Below the pieces are notes generated by a model. It worked only from the letters and a program-made list of their open reading frames with translations. It was not told where the DNA came from and did not search any database. Shown piece after piece: positions 50,945-64,000 of a DNA stretch of 64,000 nt. Source of the DNA: Squalus acanthias (lineage: Eukaryota); contig CM059432.1 of the NCBI GenBank assembly GCA_030390025.1, positions 66,094,001 to 66,158,000 of the forward strand, given 5' to 3'. The translations under genes were made by a program, and so were the position numbers. The first letter of the stretch is position 1. Each line of letters begins with the position of its first letter.

Positions 50945-51150
50945 CCTAATCAGGTCTCACAAAAACGGGGAGCTCGCATGGCAGCTGTACTTTTCCCAGG
51001 GTTAATTACCTTTTGCTGCTCTCTCCTAATGAGTCAGCTGTTCCAGTCATTACACAACTTCACTTTGTTCATCTGTGGCTCTGGCTACTGCTCACTGATA
51101 TTAGCCATGAACAAAGACAGCTACTGTTTAGTCCAAAAGCACATTTAGTA
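50945..51150. promoter_or_regulatory. Candidate neural enhancer
   Basis: CAGCTG x2 (50982, 51035), CATCTG (51070), SOX-like ctttgtt (51063) and aacaaag (51110), and TAATTA, all in unique DNA. Motif evidence only. Confidence 0.35.
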
Positions 51151-54100
51151 GTGTAATGCGCCTTGAAAAAATAATATATATAGTAATAAAAGCGTCGTTC
51201 ATAAATAAAACATTTTCATTATTCAGTGGTGTAAAAATATAGGTAACTTCAATCCCAATATTTCTCAATGAAGTATTTCAAAAGGGTTAATCTGTTTTTT
51301 TTCCCTGCTCTAAGTTGTTTTCCAATTGCAATTGGGTTTTTCAGTCCCAATGATTTGGGGGAGGGGACTCCATGCCTCAGTGCTATAATGTCACTATCTC
51401 AGCTGCAAGATTCATTAGATTTTATGTTACCACTTTGCTACTGACTTTAACAATGCCAGGGCTTAAAAATTAAACCCCAGATTTATAGCTAAGGCAGTAT
51501 TTTTGTGACAAAAAAGTGAAAACATTATTTTCATGAACTAAATAAGAATTTTTAATTTATTTCAACTTTAACTGAATATTTTTTTAAAGGGCTGTGTGAT
51601 TTTCTTCAAACTAAATATTACAAATTCCATGTAAACAAATTAATAGAACAATAAACAAAACTTTGATGGCCATCTGTTTTAATTTCAAACATTCCATACA
51701 TCAATAGTTACAGTATTGAGCCAAAAATCCCATTCAATGAAATGCCAGGCTTAAGAACCCAGAAAAAAAGCAGAAAAATAAAAGCTCATGTCCTGTTTAT
51801 AGAAATAACGAATACACAATAGGGTTTTCACCAGAAACATTATCCTTTCTTCTCTTTTCAGGTGCTGATGGATCTACTGCATATTTCCAACATTTTCTAT
51901 TTTTATTTCAGAGATACAATAGTCTGCACTTGTATTGGACATAACCACAAGCAAAGTAGTAGAGAGTGTGCATGGCAAATGTAGAAATGGGGGCTAGTAA
52001 AGTGTAGACTTTCAAACCAAGGGCAACAAGTAATGTTTTTTGGACAACGTAACCCAGAAAAATAAATTACCGAGCAGCAGACAGTAATTTCTACATCAGT
52101 ATTAGGAAGAAATATTGATATTATGCCAGTAAGGGTTAGTTTGGGATTTTTTTTCCATTGCAATTTAGAGAAGCCTGCCAAATCACCAGATGGCTCATGA
52201 TTATAATTATGTGCATAAAAAACAACACTCTAATGCATAAGCTGTGCAAAATGTGAATTTGTACTGAATCGATAAGAGCAAGTGATTCAGCGGGAAAGTG
52301 GGTAACGTAAAACCTCATTTTATGGAAGACGAATATTTTAAATGTTAGAAGAGACTTGTGGTAGTTACTTTGCTGACCATATTTGTTATGACAACAGTGC
52401 TATCATTATGAAAATATGGTGCAGTAGTGTATCAGAGAATTCATCATGAGCATTTTGCTAAGTGATAAATAAAACAAATGTGCTTCTGTGTTGCAATTAG
52501 CAAAACAAGTTCATTAAAAATGTGAATCAAATTATTGTCATAAGTGCTATCTGACTACGCTCAGCAAGTACACAAAGGTGTACTATCAAACTATCGACGT
52601 CTTAGTTCAAAACCAATGACTAACCACGTATCTAGTTTATACTATCGGAATATTAAAGATTAGCTAAAACTCTGAGCCATCATAAACCATCATTTTGAGA
52701 TATTTTTCCTATTCTGTCAAGCAATCTATTACAGCTAGTTAATATGTACTATAAGCAATAAACAATAGATTTTTGTTTCAGCACTTAAGCCATCCTAACT
52801 AATCTTTAAACAACATCTGACTGCGTAGAACTACAGCATAGAGGAAGAATCATACTCATAGTAATGCAAACAGAGCCATCTGTGCAACGTCCTGTCAACA
52901 CATCACTTTGTTCATTCACTGTTAGAACCATAGGTGTTTTATTGATGTTAACAAGTTATGATTTTAACAACAAGCACAGAGGGAAGACCAAAAATATTAC
53001 TTCTTGCTCATAATTACCATATCACACATTTCATCAATTTATTTATGTTCTATACTGAATAAAAGAGTCAGCTAATGCAGATCTGAGGATGTGAAAGGGG
53101 GTTAGTTTAAAAGGAGTAAATGTTAAAGCAAGCATCGATAAAATAAATCAGTATGGTGGGCTTAGTATGGAACTCAGAACTGGCAAGGTCCAAATAAAAA
53201 CAGGATCTTTGCGGAAACTTCTTTTGGTGTTATTCAGTAATAATAAAATGAAAATGTCTTTTGAAATAAAATTGCTATCTTGTTAATGTGCACTGATTAT
53301 TTAATCACATTTTTAACTTATAATGTGAAAAATACATGCAACAGTAGCCAGTAATAAAAAATATGAAATTAGACAAATAAATGTGTAAAATAAATCAGTT
53401 AAAAATCAAATTCCTAAGAAAGTATTTTATTTAGCAATAGATAAAACACAGAAAATTAGAAATTGTCTTTTTTTAAGAAGTCTAGGTTCTTTTGAAGAAT
53501 AAAGTAACTTTGCCTTCATGTGATAAATTATTACTTTTCCTCTACGCTCTACTATCAGCTGCAGTTAAAGGGAAAGCGGATTTGCTCTTCTGTTCTCCAG
53601 GGTACAATTGTTAGACTGACTTACCATTTCCCTTTTAGTCTTTGTTCTGCTTCTAAAACTGACACCAGGGAACCAATGATGAAGTACAAACAGGGGTGGG
53701 CGAGGTTACTCCAATGTGTCGCGTGCAACGTATGGGGACTCTCTGTGATACTCCAATGAGCTGCTAAGCTTTTTGTAGGCTTTGTGTCATTTACTTAACG
53801 ACCAATCTCATTAGCTGCCTAGTACAATGGGCTGATGCATTTTCTGTGTAAATACAGTACCCAGTGGCCTTTGGGGTCGTACTTGGTCTGCTCAGAAATG
53901 AATATTTACTGTAAATCATCTAAACTATGGAAATTTTTAGATATCTACTCAAACTGACAAAAATAATTAAAAATATATGGACCAATTTCTTTAACAAAAG
54001 GGATTGTCTGATTATAATTGAAAGAATGCATTTACATCTTACTTATGATGATCCGGCACAGAGGAGAGGTTAAAAAAATAAGAAATACTTAATTTACAAT

Positions 54101-54964
54101 AGGTGACTTCAATTACATGGCTTTTCTGGGCTATGACTGTGCACAGCATTTGATGATATCAACTCCATATACACATCAAAGTGACAGTGCGTAAATCCCT
54201 TTAATCAATAAAGCAGTGAAATGCTTTCAACAATTACTCAGCAATCTTTCCTACTTCAAAGGCTAAGTTGAGATTTTGAATTATATTGATAAAAGATGAA
54301 TTTACGTGGAATGAGCTGAGAAAAATACTTGTAAAACAGTTTCACTTCATTCTTCAATGGCATTTTTTAGATTGCAAATTAAAATAGAATCTCATTATCT
54401 GCAAAGGGATTCATTATTAATAACATGTTTCTTGTGCAATATTTCCATATTATGCATATAACAGTAATGGCTTTACCCATATTTCTGAAGTTACAAATAA
54501 ACTGGGACTTGGTCATGATTCACTTGTTTTTATCAATTTACTCAGTGTACCAATCTAAGTGTAACTTAAGTTTATTTTCTTTAACTGATTCAACCTGAGT
54601 AAATAATCCTATTTAATATATATTCATTTTCTTTCTCTAGTGTGAACTCTGACTGAAGGTGTAGGAGATTGATTTGTAGGTATCTCCGTGGCCTCCACCA
54701 ATGCCATTCTGTGACCAGCTTGGGTGAGTGCTGAAGTGTGACCAGAGGCTAAACCCCTGCTGATTCTCCCTCTTTTCCAACCAGGCTCTGTATTGTAGCA
54801 GATGACCTCAAAATTGACAAGTCAACAACGTTCCGAATCCTGACTGCAAATGTCAACTGAGGGTCAGTTTCTAAATTCAAGTACCTTAAGCCCCTGATTT
54901 TAAGTGTGCCGTATGAGGGCCGGGGCAAACGGTAAGCTCGCATGATAGTACCGTGTGAGGCCTG

Positions 54965-55552
54965 GAGAGATTTTAACTCCCGGACCTCATTTCAATGTGG
55001 CAGGTTGGCCTCCCGCCGAACCCATTGGGAATCACTACTTCACCGGCTGGTTGGGAGAGGGATTTTGGGTAACAGGAAGCCGTCGCAAGAGACCTGAGAG
55101 AACTGTCCCCGCCAGAAGGTGGTGAGGGGGGAGATCCAGAGTCGGTGGGTGGGGGAGGAAATCCGGGGTCAAGGTTTCCTTGTTGGGTCCAGAGGAGCAC
55201 TCCTGCTCCTCCTGACCCACAAGGAACCCATAAAAAATGAAAGATACTAGCATTCCTGGGCCTCTTCTGGCTCCAATCCTGCTTGCTGCATGTTTCACTG
55301 GCGGGTCCAGCACTGTGCATATGTCGCTGGAGTAAAAATCCCGTCAGCGTCCTAATTGCCTTATTGGACCCTGACATTCAAATATTAATGAGGCCCCTGC
55401 CTGTCTACGGCAGACATTGTTGGCGCTGCCGAAAACCCAGCTGTTAAAATGGCGGCGGGTGGGAACGCATCGGGAACAGAGAGTGAAGCGAGTGCCATTT
55501 TAACCACCAGCCTGCCCCACTCCCATCGGGTGAGCAGGGTTAAAAACGTCCC
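54965..55552. mobile_element. GC-rich MITE-like element
   Basis: Imperfect ends ggagagattttaac / gttaaaaacgtccc; contains the reverse complement of the ggaggagcaggag motif family. Confidence 0.55.
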
Positions 55553-58500
55553 TTTAATTTCGGGTGCAACATTTAATTTTGCTTCCCTTTCATGTGCATT
55601 TATGGAATTGTTTTTTTTCCACTGGCAGCCACTTACAGCTACAGAAATTCATCACAACTTTAAGCTAACTTGATGGTCTAACAGCTCGCACAACTGAGTG
55701 CTTGATTCAAGTCCCACAGCTGCCTTTTACTGGATCTCCCCAGCTAGAGTTTTATCAGTTTATTCTAGTTGTGAAACAAAAGGCTCTGTCAAAGTTGTTG
55801 GAAAAAGAAAGAAAAGCACATATTTCGTCCCCTACTCATCGCATCTTCTGCTGATCAATCACGAAATGGAAACGATAGCAATTGTGGACTCCTTTGGGAG
55901 TCAGCTGCCATTTCTATTCACTCTCCTTGAGGAAGACTTATGTTGCATACCGTGCATTTAGAGAAAAATTGGAGCAAATGACCAGGAAAAGGTTTAAATA
56001 ATAATTCTACCATGTGCGTGGTAACATTTTCTCTCTAAAGAGTATAATATAAACAAATTTGGTTAACACAATAGTTCCCTTAAATTTTGGGCTTGATCCC
56101 CTTAACAAACATAAAAGACTGGGAAGTTTGAAAATTGGATCTGGTATAAAAAAAATTAATTTAACCAGATTATACCAACCTTTAAGTGATACAGAATTGT
56201 ACACCCCATCCCCAATATAGCAAATGTCAGAGCCCTGTAACTTCCAGTAAAATAAAATGCTGTTAGCAATTCCAAATTTGACAGCTGCCCATATGTATAT
56301 TACATATATAAATATATATATACATATATATCAATGCAGATTCTATTGTTCTAATCAACTCTCATTGTTGGGTGGGTGTTTGTTCAGTTGGGTCACTGGA
56401 GATTTCTCTGACAACTATGGTGTGTGAAAGGGCAGGCTTTGCTTGAATCACTTTAACAGACTGTGCGCAATCTGGGCTCTTGCAGAACTATCTCCTCTTG
56501 CCCGGACTCCATTCAGGCCTTATCTCTGTTTACCAACCACCATTTCTCTTTCTTCCACACAACTATGGCTTTCTTTTACAATCAGCCAACAGCTGACACC
56601 GTGCCACAACCTCAAAGGCAAAAAAAGGGATAAAAAGCCCAAGCTGTGCAAACAATGAAACAGAACAGGTTAATTCATAAACCCTGATTTTTTTTTTAAG
56701 CCAACTCATTAGAAAGAAACATACTAGTGGAAAATGTATTCTGATATCCAGAAAATGCGCCAGAAGCAGTCACTTTCATTACCAAGTTCGGTACTGCCAA
56801 AAAAAGGGAAAAAAAACAAATCAATTTTTTATGCGCACAAAATTATTTCAGTAGTGCAAGTTTTACAAATCCTAGTAACAAGTCACAAACCCACAACTTC
56901 CATATTTTATATTCATTATTTCATAGTATTTATTGAAATTGTACAGATGAAAGGATTTTTACTTACTACTATTGTTAACTGGATGAAATGAGGGCATGAG
57001 AAGCTAAACATTGTATTGTTAAAGTATGTTTCGTTATGTCATTGTTACAATTTTATCAAATTTAGAAAATTACAATTTTTAAACAATGAATTCTTTGAAA
57101 GGCTATTTCCTTAAAATGATTTAATGAATTAAATTTATCCCTACACCAGCTGTTGTGCAGCAGATGGATCCATTTTGAAGCCTTGTTGAATTCAATCCAT
57201 AAAACTCATTTTGTAGGATTATCCATCCAAAGTTTCATTTACTGTTAAGGGACAGCATTGGATTTAAAATTACATGACATTACACTGTGGATGGGGTTTC
57301 TGTACATATCAATATGTGACCTGTCTGATCATATGTTACAAATCATCAGTATTTTCTTTCAACAACTATGAAACTGTCAAACATACTTTCACTGTTATAT
57401 ACATACACACACAAATATATTGTATATATTAGTAACATGTATATAAGTACAAATGTTTATTAACCGTCCATTGTGTCCATTAAAATCCAACTTAAAAAAT
57501 TTCCAGCTCCTATCTTTCAGGAGAAACATACTTTGCGGCACCTTGCAATTCTTTGATTCCGAGGAAATTCTTTTTCAGATTTCCGTAAGTGTGAAACATG
57601 GATAGTTGGAATTTCTGTAAAAGCTAAGTAGGAAATGGATTACACGGCAGGATTTTTCAAAGAGGAAAGTTTAATTATAGGGCATCGATGGGGAAATTTT
57701 AGTTTAACCATCTATTTGAGTCCCTCAGAGTGACATCAGCTTTTTTTATGCCAACTTCTATCATAAAACTCTTCTCTGGCTTTTGATTCTACTTAGAAAG
57801 CTAATGCACATTTTAGACACATAGGATGCACTCTACAGAAAATAGACCTGGCATCACGTAAAAGGGTGCTGTTGATCACAACTTGATATACAAAAACAAA
57901 TTAAAGCACTTGGGTATCAAGGTTAGCAGACTGTTCAGTTTCCATGCCTATAATAAGTACAGCTCACATTTGTTATATTTAGCATTACCTGATTTACAAT
58001 TTTTAGTACAACAAGATCATGTCACAAATGTACCCTTCTCTCACATTACCTTCAGAATTTAAATTCATTTAAGTGGAAACATTAATGCACATATTACAAA
58101 ATATATTCTAAAAGATCACATCACCATCTGCCACATGAAGGGCTCCATTTTCAGTCACAAGATACCTTCTAATGTGCTAGACAGTTGGCAATCTTTGATT
58201 ACACTCACTGAGCCCGCTAACAATGTCAGAGGAATAAAGAAACTACTACTACTACTGGAGAAGGTCAAGGCACACCCAGAAAATAACCCTTCCTTAAAAT
58301 GAATATGTTAGTAATAAATAATACTGTAGCACTTTTCACTTGAAATAAATGTTTGTAAGCTCTATACAGACAAAATAACTACCTCAGCACCTGGATTTCC
58401 CTTCAAAAAGATCTCTCTAATATTCACATCTCTCCTCTGATCAGAAGGCAGCAATTGCAACAACACTGTGCAAGATTCCACACACCATGGCTTGTGTGAC

Positions 58501-58797
58501 ACTGTAAGCGGAGGGCAGCAAGGGAGGTATAATCGTACAAAACAAGTTACTCGAGTTCCAATTCATAGTGAGGTTTGTATATTCTCTAAAGCAGTGGTGC
58601 CACAATGTTACTTTGTGTTGCTGTCGTCAATTGGAGTTTTTAATCATACAATGTTCTGCTTGGCTGAATGCTAATACTTTCAAACTGAGTTGAGAACAGT
58701 CAATCCCAATGGTACATTCCCTCACAACATATTATGGGGTGTTAACCAATCAGCCTTCTCAGCAGGTCAGCAGTGACAATTAAGCTCCCCCCACTAC

Positions 58798-58846
58798 TGG
58801 CTAATAGTGCAATGGCTAATAGTGCAATGGCTAATAGTGCAATGGC
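58798..58846. repeat. 15-bp tandem repeat, ~3.3 copies
   Basis: (tggctaatagtgcaa)3 followed by tggc, perfect copies. Confidence 0.95.
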
Positions 58847-61689
58847 AAGTCAAAGAAACGGAGGCCAGTCAAGAGCTCTTCGCTCTGTAGAAATAATTTA
58901 CTTGAATGGAGACATCTTACTCCAAGAAATAGATTACTGATCCAGTTTGTAATCTACTTTTTTAAACAAAACTCTCACTCCTAGCAACACCCTGTCCTTT
59001 ATCCTTCTGGAAACCCGACGTTGTTCACAATAACTAACAAAGTGCAAGACCGAAATTACCTCTATTAAAAATGTATTATTATTGCTCATCTGTGATTGAT
59101 TAGCAGTAAAGAACTTCTCAGTGCACTATACTAAGTAATTGAGTACAGAGTAAATTTAACCCAGTGGTCACTTTTTTTCTGACCAATGACCCATACTCAA
59201 TTTCTCAGAATAGTACATGGGCTGTTCTTTTTTGCACACCTCGATGACGCTACAGATGCCCATTTCAGATTGCCTGTATTTCATAATTCTGTGTTCTGAG
59301 GTTATTGAGATCAGGGGAATTCCCTGCATGACTTTGGTTTGACTAACATATCAACAGCTTTGTAATACAATATGAGCCAATGCAAGTTAACAATCCAATA
59401 CATTTGCAACAGCAAATTTCAGAAGCTTCACTGTTGAGTAAAGTTAGGAATAATATCTGATTCATTTTGACAGAAGATTTGTATTTTGAGCCAAGGTGCA
59501 TTATAACAAGATTGTCAGGCAGCTTTGTTTTTAACCTTGTAAAGCATATTGATTTTTCTGCTCACTTCTTTGGTAGGTTCTATATTTAGATAGATAATTA
59601 TTTTACGAGTAGCATGTTTGCAAATGTATTGGCAGTTCCTGAATTCATATTGTCCGAAATTCAAACAGAACTCTTCAAAAGTAAAATGTTTTAATACTTC
59701 ACCCCATTCATCTGCTTTAGGTGAGATTGTGGCTGTTAATGGTCTCAGTCACAGAGAGGATGTAAAGAGACAGATAAGAAGAACTTACAGGCATCACAAA
59801 AAACAGCAACACTCCCTCTGTGAGTAAACTGTAGGCAGGCACCAAGGACAGCTCCTCAAAGTTCCTAACACTACTTTAGCATAAACCTGCATAGCAGCCT
59901 GCTTACCATCACAACCAACTGCATTCTCACTGTATAATGCTAAGATAATTAAGACCTTCTACAGGTTAAAAGGAGTATCTGTCTGAGGATTCAGGGTCAC
60001 TCCTTTTTGTTCCACATTATTTTACTAGACTTCTAATAGAAAATGTTATTAATTCAGATGTTGAAAGAAGAAGTGGTTGCCGACATTTAGTACATCCATA
60101 TAAAGAAGCACATACAGCAGTGTCAGCATTTACATGGAATATTACATGAATAGCCCCATACACAAACACTTCAAGAGATATGAGTGTAGAATTCAGACTT
60201 AGAGGGGACACTGAAGAAAATCCGAGTTGCCTGGCTACAGTGGATTACAGAATGCCATCTATAAAAAGAGTTCATCCAGTTGATAGATAAATTGAAGAGG
60301 ATTTTTTTTTAGTAGAAGTCATTAAACATGTACGCTTCATGTACGAGCTGGTTTTTACTTTGCCTTTCTTCAACTTTGTCAACTGGAAGTTATATTTGTA
60401 CTAAAAGTGAAATACTGAATTTGAAAATTACCATACCATTAATTGCAAACAGTGGCAATTAGTTTCAATTTTAATGTTAAAGCCTATGTGCTCTTTGGTA
60501 ACAGATTTTAAATGTTTTACAGGAAATAGCTTTTGAAAGAACAAGTGTACAACAGAGCATGAAGTTTGAAATGACTGCATTTGCAACAAACATATTGTAC
60601 ACATAAACATAGTATCATACACTTAAAATAAATATGAATAATACTTTGAAACTGAGTGAAAATCATAGCATATTACAGAACTGAACAGATGGAAATGCAG
60701 CATTCGCTAACTGAACAAACTTCCTATACAATAATGATAATTAGCGATGCCCCGCTCACCAGAAAACAATCAGACAACTGAATTTCTGCTGACAACCAGG
60801 CTGGCTTTTCTGAGAATACATTTTTTTCCTTTTACTTTTTGACCTAAGGCTAGTTTATTCACATTATTGTTGTACAGTGATAAGCTATAGAAGGCTATTC
60901 AGAAATGTACTAAATAGGTCATGCATTAATACAGTACTTAGTCAAAAACATTTTGTGATATGAATTGTCTTCTTCCAACAACATAGGCAGAGTCTGACTT
61001 TAGAAACAGAAGCTTTCTCAATGCTTATACCTAGTTGTGAAAGATCCATCAAAAAACTCCAAAAGCTTATACTTAAGTACATAAAGAAGTGTTTTAAAAA
61101 AAGTTTTAATAATTTCGAGATGAACACAGTATCATTTTCTAATGCATGATTAAAGTAATGGAATTAATACTGTATTAAGAGTTTCATATCACAAAGCTTT
61201 AATTCTACTTAGATCCATTGAATTACTACTCACTGGTGCTAGAACTGATTACAGAAAATAAAATTTACCAAATTGAATCGTCTACTTTGCAATCACATAT
61301 ATGCTACCAAATCTTATAAAAATTCTGTTCTCTCCTCACAAGATTAATCTTCAAAGTATATATGTTAATATTTTCACTCCAAACAAACACAAAAAGAAAG
61401 TTTAATCTAAACCCAGCACATGCTTTACACCTCTTACTTTTTCATCTGCTTGTACTGGAGCTGTAGCAGTTCCCAAGATGCGATATCCAGTGCCTTTGAC
61501 TGCATAGAGATAAGCACCTGCATTTGTGTGCGTTTCTACGTCATACATCCCTATTCATAGCCCTCAATATTCTACATTTGCACATCAACAGCCTCACACA
61601 CAGATTTCGGCTCTGGGCCCAAAACTTTCACTTTAATTTTCATCACATGATTGCTGCAGCATATGTCCTTCCAAGCTTCCCATATATCA

Positions 61690-61830
61690 GTCATCATGCA
61701 AATGAGATAGAATATTACTCCTCTACAGCAGATGGCCAGGGAAGATAACAATGGCTGAAGAGGGGAGATTCAATGTCCCTGACTTTATTGCCACGGCAAC
61801 AACAATCTAAAATATATATAATGGAAGCTG
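61690..61830. promoter_or_regulatory. Candidate neural enhancer (Oct, bHLH, SOX, RFX motifs)
   Basis: ATGCAAAT 61696, CAGATGG 61729, AACAATGG 61747 and X-box-like ATTGCCACGGCAAC 61787, all within ~105 bp. Motif evidence only. Confidence 0.4.
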
Positions 61831-63556
61831 TGTTGATTAATTTTGTAGGCTCCAGTATTCTGATTTTGTGAGTGAATGGGCTCAGTTAAAAAGGTGCTGC
61901 CAGCTAATGTCCCTAGAAGACTATCTATAAAAGCCAGGGACTAGGATATTATTTCCAGTGACTAACAAGGCAACAGCCTAGCAATTATTTGAGAAATTAG
62001 GAGTAATTCCTCCCTGTAGGCCTTATATCCCTTCTGTGCTCTGAGTCTAGAAGCACATGTATTTGACAGACCTAGATTAGACATTGAAAAGAAAAGTGCC
62101 TAAAGATATTGCTGCAGAACTTGCACACACTACACCCTTGTGATATGGCATCAGGAATCCAACATGCTGTGTAAACATAAGCCCCCAGCCAAAAGTAAAT
62201 AATGGCAGCACTCCACATACACGGGTCAATTAGAATGACAAAGCCTGCCACACTTCTGGGTGGAGCTGAAGCTTTTGAAGCACAAGGCTCTGAATGAGTG
62301 GCACACTTAATGGCCTTTCTGGAGCAGCAAGTATTTCCATTACCAGCTGTCACTGTGGGACACCAGTACAAGCTTGTCTCCGGGTTACAAGCTTCCTCCC
62401 TAGAGATTAATGTGTGCACCAAGTCCATGGCAAGTTTTTAACCTTTTCAGTGCTAAATATCTTTATTAAACATGTTCTGCAAAATGATTGAAATGAATAA
62501 ACTTGGTGAAAGCAAACCTCCTGTTAGCCAATGTTGAGCAGTATTAATGGACAAGTCTATGCGCCAGCCTACCCTATTTTCTTGGCTGACGAACAGCCTG
62601 GAGACAATAAGGCAGCAAAATGAAGGATACAGCAAACTGCAAAAACAACAAAAAAAGATCAGTAAGACAGAAAACTGTCTTTCCCCTTGTTCAAAATTTT
62701 TGTCCCAACTTGGAAAAGAAAAGAGAAACAATGTTGGAAGATGGTCAGGAATTTTACTGGTTATTAAAACTGGATGCAATTTAGTCCATAAACTCCATGT
62801 GGTGGAAAAAAGTCATTTTCTCAGCATGATTTTTACAACATGGAATCACGTCCAACACTGAACTCAGTAAACACTACTATCTCATTCCTGGCATGGTTCC
62901 TTTTTATTCTTAGGAACAGGAATGCTGGGTGGGTAAAATAAAAAAAAGCTACACAGATTTTAACACTGGAGTCTGAGTGTGTGGGGATAATGGACAGCAG
63001 GGCAGCACATTAAAAGCCTCAAGAGTCATTTGCCTGAATAGTGGTCACCACAGGGACTCACTTGTGCCCACCTGCCTGATCCAGAAATGACTGCATATAA
63101 GTCTGGCTGAAAGATTTAAAAACTGACTGATCCATTTTTATTTAGTGGGCACTAGAAATGAACAACAAGCGGCTGAGGTACAGACCTTTCTAAATGCTGG
63201 TACGATTCATTATAATTGAGTAGTCTAAGCAGACGCAGAATACTAAGTAGAACTCTCCATTAGCCTCAGCGCAAAACCAGAAACCTTATTCATTTTTGAT
63301 TCAGGCAGCTGATATGATTTAGAGCTCAATTTTCGCCACATGGTGGCAAGCACTGAAACAAGAACAGAATGGGGTCCAATTTTCCTGATTTATATCTATG
63401 TGCAGTGTGACTATTTTCCTTCAGGAGTGCAGAGCAAAATAAGATTATTCAAATTTATCTGTAAATGTCCTACCCTTACTGACCATGACTGAGTGTGTAC
63501 AGGGCCCTTTATAAGTTCAAGTGGACAGTCCTCCCATGTGTTAAAACAAACTTGGT

Positions 63557-64000
63557 GGCCGAGATTTTCCGGGGGGTCAGCGGGCGCGATCGGTGGCGGG
63601 TCGGGGGAAAATTATTTTTTTCCCCAACGGGTTGGGACTCAGCTGTGAACCGACCACTGGCCTGCCCCAATGTCAGGTCTGTCAGCGCTGAGCAGACCCG
63701 ACACGCAGCGGCGGGGGACCCAATTCAAGTAATTTTGACCTTGTTTAGAGATCATTAAGAATGCATTTGAGCTCACCTTTTGATTTTACGTGCTCACCCG
63801 CGGACCACGTCTGTCAAGCTGAGGCGGGAGTTTAGTGGCCATTGAATCAGCTGTTGAGTTGACAACTTCAAATGTAAAGTAAAAGCTCCCACCTTACAGA
63901 GATATCTTCCCTCACTGCATTTCCACAACAGATTCACATGCTGCAAATCTTTACACAAGTCTCCATCCACTCCGACCTCATTACCTCTCTCACCATTGAC
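63557..64000. mobile_element. Left end of another Harbinger of the 41428 family, running off the window
   Basis: ggccgagattttccgggggg tcagcgggcgcgatcggtggcggg...ccattgaatcagctgttgagttgaca is highly similar to 41428-41890. Confidence 0.88.

Noticed and set aside
51815..51915. Second possible Penelope/hammerhead remnant (gggttttcaccagaaacatt...)
   Set aside because: The CUGANGA core is absent; too degenerate to call.
58798..58846. CRISPR-like direct repeats
   Set aside because: A spacer-less 15-bp tandem duplication in vertebrate DNA.

Overview
This is eukaryotic, vertebrate DNA, almost certainly from a shark (cartilaginous fish). That assignment is inferred from the repeat content: CR1 and L2 LINEs, SacSINE1-like DeuSINEs and many PIF/Harbinger elements. 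The window covers the 5' part of a minus-strand MYT1-family zinc-finger gene, most likely ST18 (MYT1L is the alternative). The 55-nt ATG exon MDTDSEEKRLRTRSKGSR lies at 12332-12386, and a 107-nt upstream exon at 14223-14329 splices onto it in frame. A possible 84-nt cassette exon lies at 948-1031. The rest is intron. Positions ~1-49,200 are dense with nested, decayed transposons. These include two two-gene Harbingers (transposase plus Myb/SANT), several Harbinger deletion derivatives and MITEs, a Tc1/pogo MITE, CR1/L2 copies, a Penelope fragment carrying a hammerhead ribozyme, and an ORF1-less LINE that begins with a tRNA-derived Pol III head. Positions ~49,600-63,500 are repeat-poor and contain clusters of neural transcription-factor motifs. 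Most listed ORFs are TE fragments or spurious. No database searches were run: family names come from motif recognition and repeat boundaries are approximate.
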